40,277 nt of DNA, from positions 1 through 40,277 of the IMG/VR virus record IMGVR_UViG_3300042972_000028. One strand, given 5' to 3'. Under the pieces are notes generated by a model. That model had not been told where the DNA came from and ran no database searches. It saw only the letters and a program-made list of their open reading frames with translations. The position numbers and the translations under genes were made by a program. This document shows, in pieces, positions 35,282-40,277 of the stretch; within the stretch, counting starts at the first letter, position 1; the number at the start of each line of letters is the position of its first letter. This DNA is from a virus. Taxonomy: Duplodnaviria > Caudoviricetes.

Positions 35282-36412
35282 CTAATGAACGCTAGTGATT
35301 GATGATTCATGCGATACCCACAAAGTGACGGCAGAGTCCCAAATCCGATCGAACCACGCACCGCGATGACGGTCCACGGTCAGAGCGAACAATCCACGCC
35401 GGGCGAGGTCGGCCAATACGCATGCGCCGGATAAGAGCGCAATCCCGGCCGCCGCGGATATGAACAGCCATGGAGAAGTCCAGTACGGGGTCATATCAAA
35501 CAGCTTGGTCCACAAGAGCGTGCGGATGGTCGGGAATTCGGTGATCAGGTATATGGCGAACGCCGAACGGGCGAGAAAATCGATCGCCCGATTGGAGAAG
35601 TGCGACCGTTCAAACCAAATGAACAGACCGAACGCCATGAGGAGGTCACGAAGATACCACATTTCCCCCTTGGTGACCGCGACTATTGCGGGCCCAAGGC
35701 CTGTGGTCGTTTGCAGCAACGAGGCTCCGAGACCCATGGCGACGGTCAGCAGGAAACCGGTGAGGAAAGCGATGAGACCTTCCCGACGGCTCGCCGGACG
35801 TCCATGCCAACGCCAATAGGAGACCAGGACAAATATGAAGCAGAACGGAACGAAGTTGAGGCTCATGCCGAGGCTGATCGACGGGACCACCCCGGCCAAG
35901 ACGGCCCACAATACGATCGTCATGATGCACAGCATCTGGTGCTGACGCTGCCCGAGCGCTTTGAGCCCGACGAGCAGGAACGGCGCCAGCACGAGGAACA
36001 TGGCATAGGCCGTCACATACCACCATGCACCCGTCAGCGTCGGCAGCATCGATTTGAGGACCAGTTTCATCGAAGAACCCGGTAAGCGGAACAGCACTGA
36101 GAGGATGACAAGCGTAAACGACCAGAACAGCACCTCCCGCTCCATCAACCATATGCGCTTAAGGCAATCGCGGACACCCAGACCGGCCTCGCACAGGAAC
36201 CAGGCGCTTATCAGAAAAAACAGTGCGGCGCCTACTTTCCCCATGGGATTAGCTACGAACTCCAGAAGGACACGGTTGAACGACCAAGGCCGACTATCGA
36301 TATCCAACGCGTTGAACCAAACGAAATGATGGAAGACTATGCCGAACATGGCCAGTATACGCAATAGTTCGATGCTGCTGTTTCGTGGTTTTGCCTGACC
36401 TTGCTCTCTCAT
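35282..36412 (-). CDS. Acyltransferase-3 family membrane O-acyltransferase (moron)
   Basis: RNSSIELLRILAM..IV.HH, FFLIS.WF, WWYV.AY, FAIYLI; about 10 TM segments. Confidence 0.9.
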   Translation of the reverse strand: MREQGQAKPRNSSIELLRILAMFGIVFHHFVWFNALDIDSRPWSFNRVLLEFVANPMGKVGAALFFLISAWFLCEAGLGVRDCLKRIWLMEREVLFWSFTLVILSVLFRLPGSSMKLVLKSMLPTLTGAWWYVTAYAMFLVLAPFLLVGLKALGQRQHQMLCIMTIVLWAVLAGVVPSISLGMSLNFVPFCFIFVLVSYWRWHGRPASRREGLIAFLTGFLLTVAMGLGASLLQTTTGLGPAIVAVTKGEMWYLRDLLMAFGLFIWFERSHFSNRAIDFLARSAFAIYLITEFPTIRTLLWTKLFDMTPYWTSPWLFISAAAGIALLSGACVLADLARRGLFALTVDRHRGAWFDRIWDSAVTLWVSHESSITSVH

Positions 36413-36456
36413 GTCGTTCAGCTTACTCTCACAGTTTATACATATTAGGAGGCGTG

Positions 36457-36903
36457 ATGCCTGATTCGATGCCTGTCTGGGCGTGGATATTGGTGACGGC
36501 TTTGAGTAGTAGCGGTTTTATGGCGTTCGCGGGCAGGTTGGCCGACCGGTGGCTGGCGCGTGATCATGCAGTGGTTCGTAGGGGCGATCTCGCCTCGGAG
36601 TTGGAGTCGGCTCTCTCTGCCTCACCGACCATCACTGGTATGGGGGAGAAGCTCAACCGTGATTTTGCGCATATGGAGCATATTGACCGTGAGCTCCGTG
36701 AGTTCAGATTGACGCAGTTGCGGCAATGCCTGTTCGCTCACCCGTATGACCAGAACAGTCACCAGTCGGCGATCGAGAGCGGCGAGGAATACATTCGCCT
36801 CGGCGGGAATGGTGTCGGGCATAAACGCCTGAGCCAGCTCGAGGACAACTACGCGCAACGCGTCGCCGCTGACGACTGGGATTACACCCATAACCGCCCA
36901 TAA
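36457..36903 (+). CDS. Membrane-anchored protein ahead of lysis cassette
   Basis: TAGGAGG SD; N-terminal TM; Y..LGGNG motif. Confidence 0.75.
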   Translation: MPDSMPVWAWILVTALSSSGFMAFAGRLADRWLARDHAVVRRGDLASELESALSASPTITGMGEKLNRDFAHMEHIDRELREFRLTQLRQCLFAHPYDQNSHQSAIESGEEYIRLGGNGVGHKRLSQLEDNYAQRVAADDWDYTHNRP

Positions 36904-36921
36904 CCTCATACTCAATTATTC

Positions 36922-36949
36922 AAACCTCCGAATATTCGGAGGTTTTTTT
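36922..36949 (+). terminator. Intrinsic terminator
   Basis: AAACCTCCGAA-TA-TTCGGAGG + T7. Confidence 0.75.
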
Positions 36950-36972
36950 ATGCCCAATTTAAGGAGATAACT

Positions 36973-37470
36973 ATGTATAAACGATTACTGGGAGTGTTGG
37001 CCGTGCTGGTCATGCTCGGCTCGTTTGCCGCGTGCGGCACCAGCACGCCCGTACCGGATACTACGAAGCCATTACCGTCGTCTAGTCAAAAAGTCAAGAC
37101 GCATACGGCGACGGTCAGGGTTGAGGGTACTGGGACGGCTACTGATGTGACGGTCAGCATTATCGATCCTGATACAGGATTACATCCCACTCAAGGATCT
37201 GAAGGGTTGGAAGGGGCTTCTGCGACTCCGAGCGATGGTGATCAAACCGTAGGAGATAGCACAGCGCAAACGGACAGTAACCCGAATGTTGTTCTCCCGT
37301 TCACGGAATCCTACGAGTTGATTACTGGCCAGAAGCTCACGGTGGCGGCCCAGAACGGTACTGCCGATTCTACTATCACCGTGACTATCACCCTGGATGG
37401 GGAAACCACTATACAGAGCGGGAGCGGAGCAAACACTGCCGTTGCTGCTACTAGTAAGGAGGCCAAATGA
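36973..37470 (+). CDS. Lipoprotein (MmpS-like beta-sandwich)
   Basis: Signal peptide with FAAC lipobox; V.LPF...L.V.AQ...ITV.I..DG pattern. Confidence 0.75.
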   Translation: MYKRLLGVLAVLVMLGSFAACGTSTPVPDTTKPLPSSSQKVKTHTATVRVEGTGTATDVTVSIIDPDTGLHPTQGSEGLEGASATPSDGDQTVGDSTAQTDSNPNVVLPFTESYELITGQKLTVAAQNGTADSTITVTITLDGETTIQSGSGANTAVAATSKEAK

Positions 37471-38756
37471 GCCGGAAACATCGCAGCCCTCATGAACGTA
37501 AACCTGAACCAAGGAACATGAAACGACTGCTTACTGCGGGTTTCGTGTCAGCAATCCTGTGCATGGGGTTAACCCCGTTAGCATCAGCAGACACAGTGGG
37601 CCATGATATTAGTCGCTGGCAAGGGTCCATCAATATTAGTGCGCTCGGCTCATTCGTCATCGTCAAAGCGGGCGGCTCGGATATTGGCTACTACTACACC
37701 GACCCCATGTACGCACGTAATGCTCAAGCCGTACGAGCAGCAGGTAAACAGCTCGGTCATTATTACTACAACGGGTATGCGAATCCGACTGCTGCAGCGA
37801 ATAGTTTCGTCAACAGTCTGGTGGGTTACCAGGCCGGTGATCCGCTGGTGTATGACGCTGAGGAATCCCGATTCGTGAGCCCAGCCAAGGTCATGGCATG
37901 GGTACAACAAGTACGCGCACGTCTTGGTGCTACTGCGAATGTGTACGTGTATATGAGCTCCTCAGTGACTAGAGCCTACAACTGGTCCAGTGTAGCCGCG
38001 TCAGGCGTGAAACTGTGGGTAGCGAACTACGGTTCAAATAATGGTGCCTATCATGGTTCACCTTCTGTGGCGTACTGGGATAAATGGTTGATTCACCAGT
38101 ACACCTCGGTCGGACGGGTATCCGGCTATAACGGTTCCCTAGACACGAATCTCGCCCGTTCAGGAGCATTCGGCAACGGCACCACAACAACCACTGTGCC
38201 GGTCACTGTTACGACCGTGAGCACAGTTCCACACGGCACATACCTAGGATATTCAGTCGCTCAAACACAACGACTCCTTAACGCCAAGGGATACACACTC
38301 GCTGTAGATGACTATTACGGGCCAGGTACCAAAGCAGCAGTGCGTGACTACCAGTCGAAACACGGACTGCAGGTAGACGGTTATGCTGGCCCAGCTACTC
38401 AAGCATCTTTAACAGGCACCCATTCCACATCACGGATTGCAGTTGACGGTGCAGCAGGTTCAGGTACTATCGGACTCTGGCAGAAGATCATGGGCACCAC
38501 CACTGACGGTGTAGTTTCCGGCCAATACGTACCGCGAGGCTATACCCGAGTTGGGTTGGAATCTGTTACCTACGGTGGTACTGGCAGCCAGCTCATTAAA
38601 GCCGTCCAGAAAAAATTGGGCTTGAAACAGGATGGGCTACTCGGACCTACCACTATCAAAGCTATCCAACGTCATATCGGTGTGACCGCTGACGGCCATT
38701 TCGGACACGCGACCGTCAAAACATTGCAAACCAGACTCAACACAGGCAAATTCTAA
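37467..38756 (+). CDS. Endolysin: signal peptide, GH25 muramidase, peptidoglycan-binding repeats
   Basis: DISRWQG, IVKA, GHYYY, YDAE, LWVANY, HQYTS, LDTN; DG..GP.T repeats. Confidence 0.93.
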   Translation: MSRKHRSPHERKPEPRNMKRLLTAGFVSAILCMGLTPLASADTVGHDISRWQGSINISALGSFVIVKAGGSDIGYYYTDPMYARNAQAVRAAGKQLGHYYYNGYANPTAAANSFVNSLVGYQAGDPLVYDAEESRFVSPAKVMAWVQQVRARLGATANVYVYMSSSVTRAYNWSSVAASGVKLWVANYGSNNGAYHGSPSVAYWDKWLIHQYTSVGRVSGYNGSLDTNLARSGAFGNGTTTTTVPVTVTTVSTVPHGTYLGYSVAQTQRLLNAKGYTLAVDDYYGPGTKAAVRDYQSKHGLQVDGYAGPATQASLTGTHSTSRIAVDGAAGSGTIGLWQKIMGTTTDGVVSGQYVPRGYTRVGLESVTYGGTGSQLIKAVQKKLGLKQDGLLGPTTIKAIQRHIGVTADGHFGHATVKTLQTRLNTGKF

Positions 38757-38767
38757 GGAGCATCTTC

Positions 38768-39151
38768 ATGGATACAGCATCAGCGATTCAACTCGCCACC
38801 ATCATCGCCGGAGGTGTGACCTCCAGCGTCATCGTCCAGCTCGTCAAGCGATACATCACCTCGGAATGGAGACTGCCGTTCTCCCTCGCTCTGAGCGCGG
38901 TGGTCTCCGTGGCCGCCATCTGGCTGACCGGAGGATTCACCAGCCCAACCAGTGCGGCAGTCATCATCGCAGCCATCATGGGCGTGGCACAGACCGTGTA
39001 TGCGATCATCGCCAAAGCTTACGTTGATCTCGACACCACACCAGTCAGCGTCACTGCCGCTCCGCAACCGGCAATAGTGGAAGAAGGCATCGCGCATGTA
39101 ACCGTTGCCGAGAAGGCATTGGACGCTACCCAGGCGAGCACCACAGCCTGA
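38768..39151 (+). CDS. Holin
   Basis: Three TM segments, AQTVY motif, follows lysin. Confidence 0.8.
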   Translation: MDTASAIQLATIIAGGVTSSVIVQLVKRYITSEWRLPFSLALSAVVSVAAIWLTGGFTSPTSAAVIIAAIMGVAQTVYAIIAKAYVDLDTTPVSVTAAPQPAIVEEGIAHVTVAEKALDATQASTTA

Positions 39152-39206
39152 GTAGAGACCTGTTGGTCAACATTTAATCTGTACGAATTCGTACATGTTT
39201 ACACTC

Positions 39207-39245
39207 AGCCCCGCTCACGGCATCATGCCGAGGGCGGGGCTTTTT
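39207..39245 (+). terminator. Terminator of late operon
   Basis: AGCCCCGCTC...GGGCGGGGC + T5. Confidence 0.8.
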
Positions 39246-39345
39246 GCGTTTCAGAGCGTAAACTCACTGATATGTCTTCAATACGACGCTTGACATTGAA
39301 TAGGGGAAAATATTAATTTCATTTTAGAGTGCGAATAGGCGTCTC

Positions 39346-39762
39346 TTAATTTGTATGAGGCTGCTGTGGCTCCTGTGGTGGTTCCCTAACTCCCAATGGG
39401 AGCGTAAGTTTGGGTAAACCATAAGACTGAAGTGTGTTAAGGATCGTCATTCTGCTATACGGCCAAGATAGAATCTGTACCGTTCCCAATACTTCTTTAA
39501 AATTCGAAGAAGTCGTATCAACTTTTTCATCCAGCCACACAGCATATGAAATTTTACAGATAAATATTGGAACTTCCTTGTTATTTTCGCTAGGAGTATT
39601 TAGTGAAAGACTAATCTCGAGAGAAAGAGGCCAGTCTTGGTTATTCACTTTGTTGACCTTAACGTTTAGAGAAAAATCTCCTTCTTGCACTTTATTAGGA
39701 GTGAAGTTCTGAGTATATCCGCTCTGCTCAGACAACTTAACCAGCCTGTTAATCTGTACCAT
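39346..39762 (-). CDS. SecB-like chaperone
   Basis: Beta-strand N-terminal half then WPYSR...L...GLPKLTLPL, matching the SecB PY.R...G.P.L.LP signature. Confidence 0.75.
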   Translation of the reverse strand: MVQINRLVKLSEQSGYTQNFTPNKVQEGDFSLNVKVNKVNNQDWPLSLEISLSLNTPSENNKEVPIFICKISYAVWLDEKVDTTSSNFKEVLGTVQILSWPYSRMTILNTLQSYGLPKLTLPLGVREPPQEPQQPHTN

Positions 39763-39770
39763 TGAAATCC

Positions 39771-40277
39771 TTAATCAAGAATACTTTCCAGTGCAGCACT
39801 GCGGCTAAATGTAAGTTCAGTCATATCAGAACTGGTATCAGAGATCAAGCCATTCTGAATCATAGGTTGAATCTTTGAATCTGCATCTTCCTGGTCAATT
39901 TCATAACCTATATGTATTAATCCGGTAGACATAGACATGCTTCCATCCGGCTTCGTTACGCAATAAGGGAATTGGGAATCTTGTGAGCTTTCATGAATTG
40001 CGCGTAAACCACTTGGATGCTGTTGTGCAGGCTCGACTGTATATCGTATCCGTGCACCGACTTCCAAAGCGTAGTTCGTCAGGAGCGTCACAAGCTGCGC
40101 CTGCCCATTTTCTATTTTGGATATGTAAGCTTGAGAGACGTTCATATCATCAGCCAGCTGCTCTTGTGTCATGTTTCGAGATGTGCGAATCTCTACCAGT
40201 TTGTTGAGGAGGTCGTTACCCTCTTTGTAGAGATCATATGCCAATTCACGATAGTCGTATCCGGCTTCGCTAGTCAT
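39771..40277 (-). CDS. HigA-like XRE antitoxin with long C-terminal extension
   Basis: LVEIR...MTQEQLADDMNVSQAYISKIENG HTH, YA..VGA.I...V, then about 80 aa acidic tail; upstream of SecB-like gene. Confidence 0.75.
   Translation of the reverse strand: MTSEAGYDYRELAYDLYKEGNDLLNKLVEIRTSRNMTQEQLADDMNVSQAYISKIENGQAQLVTLLTNYALEVGARIRYTVEPAQQHPSGLRAIHESSQDSQFPYCVTKPDGSMSMSTGLIHIGYEIDQEDADSKIQPMIQNGLISDTSSDMTELTFSRSAALESILD

Larger units (their letters stand above)
1..40277. mobile_element. Temperate siphovirus prophage (near complete; att sites not seen)
   Basis: Canonical module order: integrase, repressor/Cro, replication, terminase, portal, capsid, tail, tape measure, lysin, holin. Confidence 0.96.

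Noticed and set aside
1-40277. attL/attR direct repeats
   Set aside because: Window begins and ends exactly at start codons, so att sites probably lie outside; none recognised

Overview
The whole window reads as a near-complete temperate siphovirus prophage of a high-GC Gram-positive host; Bifidobacteriaceae-like gene content and Shine-Dalgarno usage suggest the host, which is an inference. Gene order: tyrosine integrase and lysogeny module (ImmA-like peptidase, CI, Cro, antirepressor); recombination/replication genes (RecT-like annealase, SSB, resolvase, initiator with internal iterons); probable late activator; HNH/terminase/portal/capsid; tail module with a -1 frameshifted chaperone and tape measure; two SGNH-domain tail proteins; an antisense acyltransferase-3 moron; lysis cassette; and a low-GC HigA-like antitoxin plus SecB-like chaperone at the right edge. 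The leads most worth following are: (1) a roughly 260 nt structured non-coding region at 14516-14777 containing a tRNA-like domain whose missing anticodon-stem strand appears to sit in its own 5' leader; (2) an O-acetylation writer/eraser/reader trio (acyltransferase, intact SGNH, GDG-variant SGNH); (3) a toxin-antitoxin-chaperone (TAC)-like locus; (4) a winged-helix gene with iteron-like repeats and a candidate counter-transcript; (5) antisense genes nested inside translationally coupled sense ORFs; (6) repeated GCGAU-loop hairpins at the scaffold gene. All product calls come from motif recognition and synteny by eye; no searches were run and no att sites were identified.
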